From Eledone cirrhosa (taxonomy: Eukaryota), in contig OZ024743.1 of NCBI GenBank assembly GCA_964016885.1, positions 29,450,001 through 29,514,000 of the forward strand: a stretch of 64,000 bases of DNA. Reading direction: 5' to 3'. This document shows, in pieces, positions 1-12,879 of the stretch (position 1 is the stretch's first letter; every line of letters begins with the position of its first letter). The notes below the pieces were generated by a model. It worked only from the letters and a program-made list of their open reading frames with translations. It was not told the origin of the DNA and did no database searches. The position numbers were made by a program, and so were the translations under genes.

Positions 1-360
1 TCACGAGGTGGTAGAAGGCGGATAGTCTGCTGTTCCTCGTGAGGAGGTTGTATCTCAGCTTCTTCGGGAGCTTCTGCCGGTCGCAGATGTTGGTCCAGGC
101 GGCTTTGATGTGCTCCTCTATCTGCGCGGGAGTAATTCCCGTGACCTTGGAGTAGAGGTTGTCATCGTCAAGGTGTTGGAGGACCAGGGTGTTGTAGGCC
201 TCTCTGCTGATGACCCAGAATTCCTTTCCCTTGTCGGAGGGGAGGTAGATGAGGTTCTTCGATTTCAGGTTGGAGAGAGTGGTGAGTTGAGATTTGGTGA
301 GTTTGTGTGTTGTGCGTGTGTGAGTGTGTTTGTGAAGTATATCCGAGATGGAGTGTTTTA
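1..360 (-). pseudogene. Penelope-like element (PLE) reverse transcriptase, N-terminal fragment, frameshifted; runs off window start
   Basis: Manual minus-strand translation: ...NLKSKNLIYLP/SDKGKEFWVISREAYNTLVLQHLDDDNLYSKV...NSRLSAFYHLV, matching the PLE DKG..V....Y...L.D...Y...FY.L.K pattern. Confidence 0.7.
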
Positions 361-457
361 GCCTGATAAGTTTAGTGTCGAGTTCGTGGTTGGTGGGTGG
401 GGGGTGGAGTGGGTTGTCGGGGTGAAAGTGGGGAAATTATATTTATATATATTGTAT

Positions 458-492
<35 letters not shown>

Positions 493-532
493 CGATATTA
501 AATAAATGGAAATTATATTTATAAAACCATAT

Positions 533-600
533 GTATTTCATTATATATATTTCAGGGATATCATATTAACAATATGCTATGCCTTCCTCAGACAAAATAC
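533..600 (-). ncRNA. Type-I hammerhead ribozyme motif in a short pLTR-like fragment between (TA)n tracts
   Basis: Minus strand: GUAUUUUGU-CUGAGGA-AGG C AUA G CAUAUU GUU AAUAUG A UAU C CCU-GAAA-UAUAUA-UA-AUGAAAUAC; 9-bp stem I (2 GU), long stem II, palindromic stem III, AUA triplet. Confidence 0.7.
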
Positions 601-686
601 AATATAGACAGTTTTATAGATAAATAGATTTGACATACCGTTCTAAATATTTACTAGTTGTAACCCAACAATTTAAATATAACTTT

Positions 687-688
<2 letters not shown>

Positions 689-760
<72 letters not shown>

Positions 761-800
761 TGAGAGAGTGAGAGAGAGTGGGAGAGAGAGAGAGAGAGAG
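689..800. repeat. (TA)n / (GA)n microsatellite
   Basis: Direct reading; one of dozens of TA/CA/GA tracts in the window. Confidence 0.95.
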
Positions 801-1377
801 AAGGATATATATATATAGTGTGTGTGTATGGGAGGGGGTGTTTTGTGTGTGTGAGCGAGAGCGTGACAGAGAGAAGTCTTAAGTATGATCTGGCTCTGAT
901 GAAGAAGGCCAGTCTTAAGATATAATCTTTACTATGATGGAAAGGTGAGTTTGCAGGTGAAATCCTCTGTGATAGTGAAGCGTAGCATTTATAGCATTCG
1001 CGATGACTTTAGTTATGTAATGTTCAGCTTAATATGGTTGGGGTGAAATAATGTGATGACATGTGCGATGATTCTGTCGATTTACTTATGAATGTGACGA
1101 ATAGTATTTCTTTTGAACATGCTATCCAGGTCTCTGTGAAAGGGGTCAATGAAGAGTTTGCAAGATTTGTCTAGATTGCATGTGCCGTAAATACATTACA
1201 CCCAATTGATTTTAGTAGTAAATCGCCCTAAATAATATTTGTCTTGTTTAGCACAGCGTTTATACGATAAGTTTTAAATTCCTTTATTTTATCTGAAATG
1301 CACAACACAAATGCATATACCAGGGATTGTTTAAGGAATGCTTATTCAAAGGCAACGTATATAGATATGTATAACAA

Positions 1378-1692
1378 TCAATAATAAAGAACATCACGAA
1401 CGACATCACGCGGGTCAAAAATAGATGCAGCGATCCCGTGACTGGTGTCGCACATACCAAGCGGTTCCACAGGGTGCTGGAGACGAATGGATAGCCAACA
1501 TTATTTACAAGCAGAGTAAGGGACACCAGACGCAAAATGCAAAGAAAAACCCAAGGCAAGTGCTTCCTTAAGATCCCGCACCTGGGCGAGAAAACCACCA
1601 ACGCTATGCGCAGGGCTATACGGAGGTAGGGCCTCGACATCCACTTAGCCCACTCGGGGCCATCCCTACAGAGATACCTCTCGAGGAAACCG
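1378..1692 (+). pseudogene. PLE RT thumb/linker fragment
   Basis: Translation IKNITNDITRVKNRCSD...VLETNG*P...FLKIPHLGEKTTNAMRRAIRR*GLDI..., a decayed form of the PLE R..CS...NGYP...LPY.G pattern. Confidence 0.6.
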
Positions 1693-2410
1693 ATTTAGTG
1701 ATTCTGTCAGTAGATTAAGACATGAATGTTAATATTCGTTATTCGTTTACGTTTTGCGGAAATCCATACCGAGTTTATATGCTGGTAGGCATAACCTGTT
1801 CCATTTACACCAACCAAATCACAATATCACATAAGAGACAAGGGCAAAGCCTATGGTGACATGACTTCAGATACTATCATTAAGAAACCTGTTGCTTTAA
1901 ACAATTATATCTTATCAGTGCAATTGTAGCTGTTTGATAATTGTTAATGGTTGCAAATTAGCAATGTAAACCAACACGAATTTGTTCATATTTTCTCATA
2001 AAAAATGCAAATTTCAGAAGTGAGTTTACAGTATTTTATATTCTAATGTAATATGTATGGTTTAAGCTGACAGCAAGAATATAATTTAGATTAATTTCAT
2101 TGAATGCTATATTGATGGTATAAATTTTATATTTTCTTTTTAAAATGTGCGTTTCTCTCTTTCCAAACTGTCAAATAGTAATGAAGAGATTAAAACATGT
2201 GATAAATGACAAATATTTTATAGTAATAAAGTACAGTATGGAATATGTTTCTAGTTGATAAGAAAATAATTGAAGGCAATCATTCAGTTACACACATATA
2301 TGTATACAAATTATACAATCGTTGAATGAGTGTTCGTATGAGGAAGTGTATGTACACTCATTCACATACATATACACACATTCTATCTCCTCCTCTCCCT
2401 CTCTATCTCT

Positions 2411-2496
<86 letters not shown>

Positions 2497-3016
2497 TATA
2501 TGTACAGCGTTTTTGCACATCGTGTTTGTGCAAGTATTCATTATTGTTTGAAATCAGTTTAATAGATGACTTTATATAAGTTGATTATAATCTTCTAAGA
2601 ATGAAAAATGATTCATATATATTCTTCACAAATTTCATTATTTTTTAATCAGTTATAGGATTTTCAGATCGATATTTGTCGTTGTATGGAATCGTTATTA
2701 CCAATTATTGAATTCTTTCACCCAGGCAACGTTTTAAGCAACATATTTGTCTCCTCAATATTGACAATAATGATGATGATGAGGAGGATTGCGATGATGA
2801 TGATAATGATTATAACGCTCATGATGATTATGATGAAGTTGACAATGGTGATGTCAATCATTCTGATGACGATAATATTGAATACAATTTAGTAGCATTG
2901 TGGACGTGGAACCGCCATGTGGACATTTCACTTAAACTAGTAAATTACTTGCAAATATGATCCACTACTGTATTGGGTACTTATATTGGACAGTCACTTA
3001 ATAATTGTTTCAACAC

Positions 3017-3183
3017 TTGGCACAAGACCAGCAAATACCCCACTGGTACTTTATTTTATAAGACCCCGTAAGGATGAAAGGCAAAGTAAACCTCGACGGA
3101 ATTTGAACTCAGAACGTAAAGGTCCGTAACTATGCTTAAAAGCATGGCGTCCGACTCTCTACCGATACTGCCAATCCACCGCC
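3017..3183 (-). mobile_element. tRNA-derived SINE with Deu/Nin-like central domain (octopus OK/OR-type family)
   Basis: Reverse complement GGCGGTGGATTGGCAGTATCGGTAGAG (A box)...GAGTTCAAATTCC (B box)...TTTGCCTTTCATCCTTACGGGGTC..ATAAAATAAAGTACCAG; many copies in window. Confidence 0.8.
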
Positions 3184-3239
3184 CAGTCACTTAATGATAA
3201 ACATAATTTAACCAGAAAAAGCCGAATATGATGTAACTG

Positions 3240-3480
3240 TGGTTATATAAACACCTAAAATATTATTAAGAGGATTATCTCTGAATTGAGGGATCAAGAT
3301 CACAACTCCTAAACTACGGATATAGGGTTAAAATATCTCAGGAAAGAAAAGCTGAACAGACAAGATGGTCGGATAACATCTGCTAATCTTGCCGGATCAA
3401 TTGGAAATGGTTGCTTCTGACAGAACCTGCTGATAGACGTGGTTGAGGACTCCTAGGAATGTGAGCGAAGATGAAGAAGA
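3240..3480 (+). mobile_element. Degenerate RTE-type LINE 3' end fragment
   Basis: Similar to 36740-37140 (AGATGGTCGGATAACATC...GCGAAGATGAAGAAGA tail). Confidence 0.4.
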
Positions 3481-4119
3481 AAAACATATATAATACATTT
3501 TGTAGAAAGACGGCGTGGTCTATATGTGTTCAGGTAATAACTTGAGACAGTTGGTGTAAATAATTGCGTCGTAGAAGTGAAATTACTGATTGGACAGGAT
3601 ATTTGAAAAGTATCCTGTTCACCATGAGTTCTAATCTTCTGCGGGTAATTCTCCGTTTAAACTTAGCAGGTATATGATCAAAGGCCTTCCAGCCGTGAAC
3701 AGCCTGTAATTATTCTATTCCTAATGTACATTAAACTTCATTATCCAGTGTTTTTAAAGCAGTTGGGTGTCATTTGAGAGATGTTACTGATATTTATTAC
3801 AAGCAGAATGACCATGAAGAGACTGTCTCACTTATTTTAATCACGTCAGTTAATAATATATGTATCACATATATTTTAGGAAGGCTACATTTGATTCTTT
3901 ATTTACATGGGTAATACGAAATGTGTTCCCTCTAATTAAGACTTACATTGAAATCCCACGAAGTTATTGAGGATTTCTATTTGTTAGGAAAGTATTTATT
4001 TAACTTAATACCCAGTCATTAAAATTCCCTTTCGAAAGATGCTGTGCAAAATATAGGGAAGACGGGCAAACTTTTCTCTCTTTGGTCTATAATTTAATAG
4101 CACTATTTATGCGGCCAAG

Positions 4120-4305
4120 GGCGGTGGATTGGCAGTATCGGTAGAGGGTCAAACGCCATGCTTTCCAGCACAGAGTTACGCCCCTTTATGGTCTGAGTTC
4201 AGATCCCACCGCGATTAACTTTGCCTTTCATCCTTATGGGGTTGATAAAATAAAATACCAGTAATGCACTGGGCTAATTGCTGGCCTTTTGCCATTTGTA
4301 GAAAC
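4120..4305 (+). mobile_element. tRNA-derived SINE (same family as 3017-3183)
   Basis: GGCGGTGGATTGGCAGTATCGGTAGAG...TTTGCCTTTCATCCTTATGGGGTTGATAAAATAAAATACCAG. Confidence 0.85.
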
Positions 4306-5540
4306 AACTATTTATACGGCCAGGGGGAATTGCTTCAGGATGATGACAATATGAAAAAATATTTAAAGTATTTATTGGTGAAACACATATTTATGATCAA
4401 CAAACACCTAATCATTATGCGCTCTACTGTGTCTATAGGAAATCCATCTCTTTTACTAGATTTATACACCTGGCAGGTGTTTAATTTATTATTACACATT
4501 CGTGAAACACTTGTCAATTAAGTAGACTTCCCAAATACATTATAATTTACACATAAGTTTACTGAGCTGTTAGTATCTTTCGGTAATCCGCCAATCACAG
4601 TGTGTCTCAGAAGATTGACCAAGCAGCCATTTATAGTTGACAGAGTATTCTGTACCCTAATCATCCAAGCATGCAATAAAGCAACAAGGGTCATGTACAT
4701 ACCCTCTGTACCTACTAAATATAGAAGGAAAATCTCATTAAATTGCGCTATAAGTCTCTTCGAGGGTGAACAGCTTGTTTTTAATCTTATTTGACATGGC
4801 TACATATTTGTGTTATAGATAAAAGAGGAATTTCGTGTTTAATCAAGCAAAAAATTTATACATTATTCTTTAATGCAACGATATTAACATATAATATATT
4901 GCAATATCAATATACAATAAAAGATATAGAATATATTTTATTTTCATATTTTTATAAACGACCATATAGGAATATAATTTCTGCTTGTTGGCGTCGTAAA
5001 ATAAATGATATTTGGATATTACCGGTAATGTGTGCAAATGCCTACAAGAACTATCATTCCAGTTGTGATTCATTATAATAAAAGGGATATAAAATGAAAA
5101 TAAAAGTTATATCACTCGAAAAATATGCATTGATGCCTAATAAATCTAATAACTTTATATATAATGATTCCTACAAAAGTACATCTACATATGTAACCAA
5201 AAATATACACATATACGTAAACGTAAAACGATAGAAACATCTTAAAACCTTCAACTTGAATATATTTAAAAAAAATATGTTTTAATTTTTCATTTTACAT
5301 ACCATATTTTCTCAAGATCCAGAGGTTTGTCTTTAAAGCCCTCTTTTGCTAAAATAAATTTTGTTTTCCATATCGTCTCACTTAATATTGGATACACTAC
5401 AGACAATTAGCTTAACTGTTATTCTCGTGACAACATCCTTTGCATCTGGAATGAAAATAACGAACAGTTACGAATACATACAGACAACCTGAACCACAAT
5501 TAGTCACGCTACAGAATAGTTTTTCGTTTTATTATATAAT

Positions 5541-5715
5541 GGCGGTATCGGTAGAGGGTCGGATGCCATGCTTTGCAGCAAAGAGTTACGGCCCATTATG
5601 GTCTGAGTTCAAATCCCGCCGAGGTTAACTTTGCCTTTCATCCTTACGGCATCGATAAAATAAAGTACCTGTAATACACTGGGATAATTGCTGGCCCTGT
5701 CCCCAAAGTAGAAAC
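5541..5715 (+). mobile_element. tRNA-derived SINE (same family)
   Basis: GGCGGTATCGGTAGAGGGTC...GAGTTCAAATCCCGCC...TTTGCCTTTCATCCTTACGGCATCGATAAAATAAAGTACC. Confidence 0.85.
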
Positions 5716-7175
5716 AATGATAAACGTTAAATTGTTTCAATAATCTATTTCAATGATTTTTTCCTTTCATATTTAACTAGTAACAAAGGTAGCCGACAAT
5801 GCCAGGATATATTAATCATCGGGAGACCGGGGATTATCCTAGTGACAACAATAATAAAAAAGATCATGGTGGTGATGATTATGGTGATATTACGATTAAT
5901 AGTGATGACGACGCTGAATGTAGTACTTATGGTGGGAGTAGAGTTGTTTTGGGAAATGGGGGTTGTTGTTGTTTGTAGTGTCGGTGATACTGTTGCAGAT
6001 GTTGGTGAGCACAACTCTTGAGGACGTGGTTCAAAACCCTCAGAGGTCAACATTGCCTTTCATTCTTTTAGAAATAAAAAATAACGTACTAATTCAGTGG
6101 CGGCAGATTGCAGGAATATTACAAAATATTTTTTCCGATACCCCACACAAGGTATTTTGAGGGCAAACCCCTTCTGCCATGAGTTACCACCACTAGATAA
6201 TATCAGTAATGAAAAGACCAATGGACATTTTCCTTCTTGATCGGAACCAACGATCGGCTCCTGTCCTTTGTTCTTTCCTCCAATTACATCCAGCACTTCC
6301 TTATAATATCATAATTTCGAATTTGTTTATATGATAGTAACATCGTCATATGTATAGTTAAATAATACCACTTGCATACATCCCAGTTGAAGAGATATAC
6401 ACTTCAAGATTGTCGTCAATTCTATTGTAAGATTGGAAGATTAAAATGCGAAGAAGTTAAATATGAAGAATCATGAATACAGTTTTATTTAGCATCACAT
6501 TAAATATATATCTACGTCCGCTTCTTCTTATGTTTAATATGAATAAAATATATTTTATTGCTGTCTGGTCCTTGCTCCAATGTTATATCGCCACACAAAA
6601 GTACCCAGGATTATAGTTTGGTGGCTTCTCACTATTCTTATTGATTTTGTTTTGTTTTATTAATCTTCACAATTAAAATGTCTAACAATAAAATCAATAA
6701 GCACAGCAACGAGACACACAATTGAAGTTCCGAGTGTTTTGTGATGGAAGTAAGATATTTGAGCGACGACGGTTGTAATAGTAGCAGAAATGAGGGAGAA
6801 AATATGACTTAAAGAAGCCCTGTGTTAAAATTACAATGAAGAGAGAGAGAAGCAAGGATACGAAAGACGTCAAGGAAAGGATACAGAGAGATAGAGAAAG
6901 AGACGTAAAGATGGAGAACGAGATCAATAGGAATATATTTACAAAATGGAATGATCTTTTTTACCTCCTGGTCCTCATATTATTTACTTAGGCATCTCAT
7001 GTATTTTATTTTGATATTGAATATATTAGCACTGTCATATTTACTTAAAATCAATCGATATTTCGGTCTCATATATTAATAGCGGTCTGATATTTCCTTC
7101 GATATCCTTTATATTACACAAAAATGTAATTCTACCATTGCACTTCCCTTCCTATTCAATTGTATTTCAGGAAGA

Positions 7176-10100
7176 ATTATTATTATTATTATTATTATTA
7201 TTTTTTGAGTCTCAGTTATTGATGTTAGTTAACTGGAAAGTTTGTTGAAATGAATATAAAGCCACTACCTGCAGACTCAGATATTCAGGACGTATCGGAG
7301 GGTTCTTGCTGTTCACAGCAAGCATGCCTTTTGAAGCGTTCCAAAAAGCGTGAAGGGGCCAATTTTCCTTAACCATCCCTGGAAACCTTTTGAGATAGTC
7401 CCTAGTGCGCCTATGACAATCGGGATCACTTTGACTTCATGGCAGTTCCAAATCCTTTTTACCTCCCACTTTAAGTCCTGGTATCGGTTAATGTTCTCCC
7501 TCTCCTTCTCTTGCACTCTCGTGTCGAATGGGCAGGCCACATCCACAATCAGGCACGATCTTTTTTCTTTGTCCAAAACCACCAGATCAGGTCTATTGTG
7601 TTCCAGTTTCTTGTCCGTCTGTATCCTAAAATCCCACAGCACCTTCACCTGATCGTTTTCTATCACCGCCTCTGGCTTATGCTCATAGCACATCTCAGAA
7701 TGTGGTAAATTGTTTACTTTGCATAGGTGCCAGTGGATAACCCTGCCCATCACATCATGTCTCCAGCCCTTATAGTGAGTCTGGGCTAGGTGTTTACACT
7801 CGGATACAATGTGAGCCACAGTCTCCTGTCTCTCTCCACAGATCCTGCACAGTGGGCTATCCTCCTCCTTTTAAATATGGTGTTTGAACCACTTCGTTTT
7901 GAGGGCCTGCTCTTGCGCAGCCATTAGCATTCCTTCTGTAGCCTTTTTAAGGTCTCCTTTTTTCAACCAGTTCCATGTCTGTGGAGCTCTGAATTCAGCT
8001 TTCTCAAAGAAGGTACTATGAAGGGATTTTTCATGAAGGCTGCTCTTTCTCCTTGATATTATTTCCTCCTTGGACATCCCCTGGCCTACTGTCCCCTCCT
8101 TCAGTACAGTTCTGAGCATTGGCTCATTACTATCAGTCACGTATTTGTGTAGGTTGTTTTTCACCATCTGAACACAGTCCTCTATGCTGATAAGACCTCT
8201 TCCACCTTCAGATCTCCTTAAGTAGAGTCTATCGACATCACTCCTCTTGTGGAACATGTTGTAGATAGTCAATAGCTTCCTAGTCTTCCTATCCATTTCT
8301 TTTTGTTCAGCAACATTCCATCTCAGAATTCCCGCACTGTACCTAATAATAGACACAGCTCGGGAATTTACTGCACTTATGGCATTCCTACTGTTCAGAT
8401 GTAACTTAAAAGAGCTCCTTACTCTCCGAATGTATTCAGTTCTTATCAATTTCTTCATTTTTTTGTTCTTGATGTCATCAGCCTCCAGAATGCCCAAATA
8501 CTTGTATCTTTCTTCAGAGTCAATTTCCTTTATCATCTCACCTATTGGTACCTGGATTCCGTTACTTCTGCTCAATTTACCCCTCTTCATGACAATGACT
8601 CCACACCTACTAATACCAAATTGCATACATATATCATTGGTGAAAATACGGACAGTGTCAACAAGCACATCCAACTCCTTCTCACTCTTCCCGAAGAGCT
8701 TAAGATCGTCCATGAAGAGTAGGTGATTGATGGTAAGCCCTCCCTTTCCCAACCTGTATCCTGCTCTCACTTTTCGCAGTACACTGGTCAGGGGCATCAG
8801 GGCATGGACAAACAACAGAGGGGACAGAGATATCTCCCTGGAAGATACCTCTCTTGATCTTCACGCTTCCCAAGGATTCTCCAGTTGATGTTAACTCTGT
8901 TTCCCAGGACTTCATACTTTTGCCCAACAACTGTCTGATGTTATCTGCCACCTTGAAGATCTCCAGGCTTTTGGTGATCCAAGAATGAAGCACCATGTCA
9001 AATACCTTTTTGTAGTCTATCCATCCCATGGCCAGACCAGTGTGTCTCCTCTTGCAATTCCTCATTACCATCTTATCAATAAGTAACTGGTCCTTTGTAC
9101 CACGTGACTTCTTTCGGCATCCTTTCTGTTCGTACGGTAACAAGTTGTTTGTGTGGAGGTGATGGTAGATTTCCTCAGACATAATGCTTGTCAACAGTTT
9201 CCACATTACGGACAGACATGTGATAGGTCTATAGTTGGTAACATCATTACCCTTGATTCTGTCTTTCATTATCAGAACTGTGGTACCTTTTGTCAACCAC
9301 TCTGGTACCTCACCTGGCATCAAGCAGTCATTGAACATGGTTGTCAGTTTCGCGGGGAGGGATGTTATATTTTTAATCCAATACCCCTGCACACCATCTG
9401 GGCCTGGTGATTTCCAGTTGGTTAGTTTTTTGGCCTGCCCCTTAAGAGTTTCAACTGTGATACTCAAATCAGTTTGTTGGTGTGCCTGTTCACTAATCTC
9501 CTTCTGTACTGTCTCAATCCACACTGCCTGGTCATTTTGTTTAACATCCTGCTCCCATGTTCCTCTCCAGAATGTTTTAGTTTGTTCCGCCTCAGGGATC
9601 AAGTTGTTGCCTCTTTCTTTCCCTTCAAGCTGTCCAAACAGCATCTTCTGGTTGTTGTCGAACATCCGGTTCTGTCTATACTGACTGACTCTGTTCTCGT
9701 ATCGCCTGATTTTTGCACTCTTTGCTACAATGCGTTGCTTCAGTTCCTCTATGATAATATTTAGCTTTTTCCTCCTAGTTTTGTACTTTATTTCCAGTCT
9801 ATTTTTAGTGTCTATGTTTTTTAGTGTCCCATTCAGTAGGGACTCAAGTTTTCCAATGTCATTTCTCATTTCCCTGATTTGACCACTCAGTCGTTTCTTC
9901 CACCAAGGTTCTGCTCTTTCTTGTCTGTTGTTTCCTCTCGCTTTTATACCAAGTATTTTCCTCACCGTATTTGCTGTTGCTTTGAGGATATTGTTGCACT
10001 GGTAAAGGCTCCTCGCCTCAAGGTATGGGATGACTTTGTTTACCCTAGCTGTTGTTTCTTTTAACTTTTTCCTGTCTACAAATCTTAGGTTCATAGGTCT

Positions 10101-10321
10101 CCCACTATCATTGTTCAATTCATCTACCACTAAGTTTAGGATATCTACCAAATCTTGTCCTAGCCCGTCAGCATTCATCTCCTCAGTGGCCGTATCTCTG
10201 TTCCAGGTATTATTTATGTCAGCATTCAGATCATTGTCTGCTTCGGGTGGTTCCTCCGTTCTCTCGACCTCTTCACATTCATTTCCCACTGGCTCGTTTG
10301 CCTGGCATACCCCACTCTCCA
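7176..10321 (-). mobile_element. R4/Dong-clade non-LTR retrotransposon (RT + CCHC + restriction-like endonuclease), 5'-truncated, two disruptions, (TAA)n tail
   Basis: ORFs 8700-10475 (KSPGPDG, YRPITCL, WIDYKKVFD, GIFQGD), 7871-8815 (HLLFMDDLKL, YKYLG), then CRICGERQETVAHIVSEC and 7313-7819 (RHD, LWDFRIQTD, NRPDLVV, IVDVACP); (TAA)n at 7176-7202. Confidence 0.92.
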
Positions 10322-10389
10322 TTCTTCTTCTTCTTCTTCTTCTTCTTCTTCTTCTTCTTCTTCTTCTTCTTCTTCTTCTTCTTCTTCTT
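10322..10389. repeat. (TTC)n microsatellite abutting the 5' end of the R4/Dong element
   Basis: Direct reading; source of the poly-R/poly-E in the ORF track. Confidence 0.95.
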
Positions 10390-10456
10390 TGATCATTCCT
10401 CTTTCCACTTGAGCCTGATGTAGTTTTTTCAAATGACCCTGATAATTGCTTATACT

Positions 10457-10622
10457 TTTGGCACAAGGCCAGCAATTATCCCAGAAGTACTTTATTTTAT
10501 CGACCCCATAAGGATGAAAGGCAAAGTTAACCTTGGCGGGATTTGAACTCAGAACCTAAAGGGCCATAACTTTATGCTGTAAAGTATGGTGTCTGACGCT
10601 CTACCGATACTGCCAATTCACC
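10457..10622 (-). mobile_element. tRNA-derived SINE (same family)
   Basis: Reverse complement matches 4120-4305. Confidence 0.85.
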
Positions 10623-11041
10623 GGACCCTGATTATATTATCGAAAAGTATTTGGGTTTTTTTTTCCTCTAACAAAGACTCCCAATCAGCAAGTCATCCCC
10701 GGCTCCGTGAAATCCCATGTCATCAATCCACTGGTTTTCACATAGTTCAAAGAAGTCGCAGTATTTACTGGCTTTCCTCTCGAATGCATCATTGATGTTC
10801 GCCTGGCAGGAGACACTACACGTCACTTCATCATCTTTACCATCTCCATTTCATTGCATTCAAGTAAGTCTTGGAAGTAAAACAGCAGAGGTGGTATTTG
10901 CCGTCCACTTCAATAGAAACCTTCCAAATTTAATTCTACTTTAGATCAGTTTTCTTTCTTAAAGTGGTTGGCAGAAAGTGTTCTCATTTATTAGATACCT
11001 TCAACTTGGCTTTCCTAACCATTTCAGGCCTCCCCTCTCTC

Positions 11042-11120
<79 letters not shown>

Positions 11121-11369
11121 CGGCGATGAATTAGTTTTGCGAGGTTTTTTATATGAAATCGTGTGTCGAAACAGATATTGTTATATTTGGGGAGGGTCAT
11201 ATTTGCGTAATATTGCCAGAATTAATAACAGAACACACTCACTGTTTGGTTGGTTTTCGCTTCTCGCTGTCTTTTATATATATATATCTGCGATCTAACT
11301 TACTCGGTCCTCAATGTTGCCATTGACTGACCGGCGGTCAAAAAATAATACAGATACAATATAGACACA

Positions 11370-11440
11370 AACACATATATATAGTTTACATAATTTACAT
11401 AAATCTTTCGTTGCACATCTGCAACATCGTCAGTGGTGTT
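11370..11440 (-). ncRNA. Degenerate hammerhead motif in a PLE pLTR-like segment
   Basis: Minus strand AACACCA-CUGACGA-U GUUGCA GAUG UGCAAC-GAAA-G AUUUAUGUAAAUUAUGUAAA C-UA; core and stem II intact, stem I poorly paired. Confidence 0.45.
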
Positions 11441-11860
11441 ATATTCATTGTTCCTCCTGTTGTGTTGTATGTCTACGCCATTTTTTTTTGTTCAGTCTGT
11501 CTATATATTTATTTATTTATTTGCTTGTTTGTTTATCTTATTTTATTTTGTCTTCTTTGCGCATGCGTTTGCGTGTGTGTATAGTGTTATGTGTGATGTG
11601 TGACTAGTGTGTATAGTGTTGTGTCTGCTGGGTGACTAGTGTGTGTTTATGTGCTTGTGTATGTAAATTTTTATCTTATTTTATTTTATTTTATTTACTT
11701 ATTTATACTTCTCTTAGGTCAGTGTTGTTTGTTTGGGTGTTGTTGTTGTTCCACTCATTCTTTCTGTTTAGCTTTGGTCTTCTAATTTCTATTTCTATTT
11801 CACTGGCCTCTCTGATTTGCCTATCTGCTGGGTCATTCCTATGTTTAGATATTATTCTAA

Positions 11861-11912
11861 TTTCTATGTTGTCTATGTTACCGTCATGACGGTAACATAG
11901 ACAACATAGAAA
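11861..11912. repeat. Perfect 52-bp palindrome with no spacer
   Basis: TTTCTATGTTGTCTATGTTACCGTCA|TGACGGTAACATAGACAACATAGAAA. Confidence 0.95.
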
Positions 11913-11929
11913 CGAGCCTTAAAATGACC

Positions 11930-12365
11930 ATGATCTCGATTACTGTAGGAAAAACTATGGAACCACATTCAATAGCCTAGGCTAAAAATTACCGTGATCA
12001 ACCTCCCTAGTATAAATTTTCTAGATCTCACCTTTGACCTAAACACACATACACATAAGCCTTTAGACAAACTCAATGAACAGCTTAGAGAATGTCATGT
12101 CAGCTACCCACAGTATTCAAGAATTTAACACCATCATAAGTAAGAATATCTCAAGTTTAGAGTCAAACAACTCAGAGCAGCGCTGTTCTACAATAGCAAC
12201 CGAACCAATAGCGGCTTTAAAGATAATATATCCTGCTTCCACGACTACTAACCTAGAGCGAGAAATAAATGAAATAAAGCTAGAAAAACTATATGGCTTA
12301 CACCCACTTCTCCCAGAATGTTAAGACTAATGTTAAGAAATTTATATTTCTTATAGATAATCATG
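11930..12365 (+). pseudogene. PLE RT C-terminal/thumb fragment
   Basis: NFLDLTFDLNTHTHKP...ISKNISSLESN...KTIWLTP.FSQNVKTNVKKFIFLIDNH; same type as the PLE at 47893-50966. Confidence 0.65.
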
Positions 12366-12645
12366 CCCTGTATGGTATATTTGGTGTGGGTTGGCTGTCT
12401 GTGAGGTTGGTTGCTCAGTACCAAGCTTATATTTCAATTCTTCTTGGTGACTCGGTCTTCCCTTAATGGCTGTTCCTATAGGTATTTCTACTGGGCGTTG
12501 TTTGATTCACCACCACGTAGTCCGGTTCACTTCTTTGGGTCCGCAACCTGTTGTGAATAATGCTACTATGTGCTAGACAATGCTATGGTTAGTGTAAAAT
12601 GAGATCTTAACTATGTGTTTATTAAATATTTTGTGGTACTTATGT
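12366..12645 (-). pseudogene. Degenerate PLE linker/GIY-YIG fragment
   Basis: Minus strand gives IFNKHIVKISFY and a frameshifted IV.HIVA-like segment resembling PLE IFNRNT.K.SYS / NIVY. Confidence 0.4.
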
Positions 12646-12879
12646 GGTTTAGGGAAACACATTACACACACACATACGTGGGATATCAAATAGGCGTAAC
12701 TGGTAGAGCTGTTGAGCTACCATCATAAATAAATTGTTTATAGTGGTGAAGGCTAGTATTGGACCAGTCACAACCTTCGGTAATGCTCAAAACAAAGAAT
12801 TGGTGAAGAAAATTGCAACGAACCCAGTGAACAACACAACTCATGTATTGGTTGTCATTGACTCGCAAGTGTTCCTCCA

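Noticed and set aside
890-930. CTGATGA followed by a short hairpin as a possible hammerhead
   Set aside because: No GAAA or stem III at the correct spacing.
4870-5445. Possible minus-strand exons (5303-5445 and from 5041 downward)
   Set aside because: Plausible splice sites, but stops in all frames for the larger exon and no recognisable protein.
10322-10475. Poly-Arg N-terminus on the 591-aa RT ORF
   Set aside because: Read-through of the (GAA)n microsatellite and SINE flank, not part of the element.
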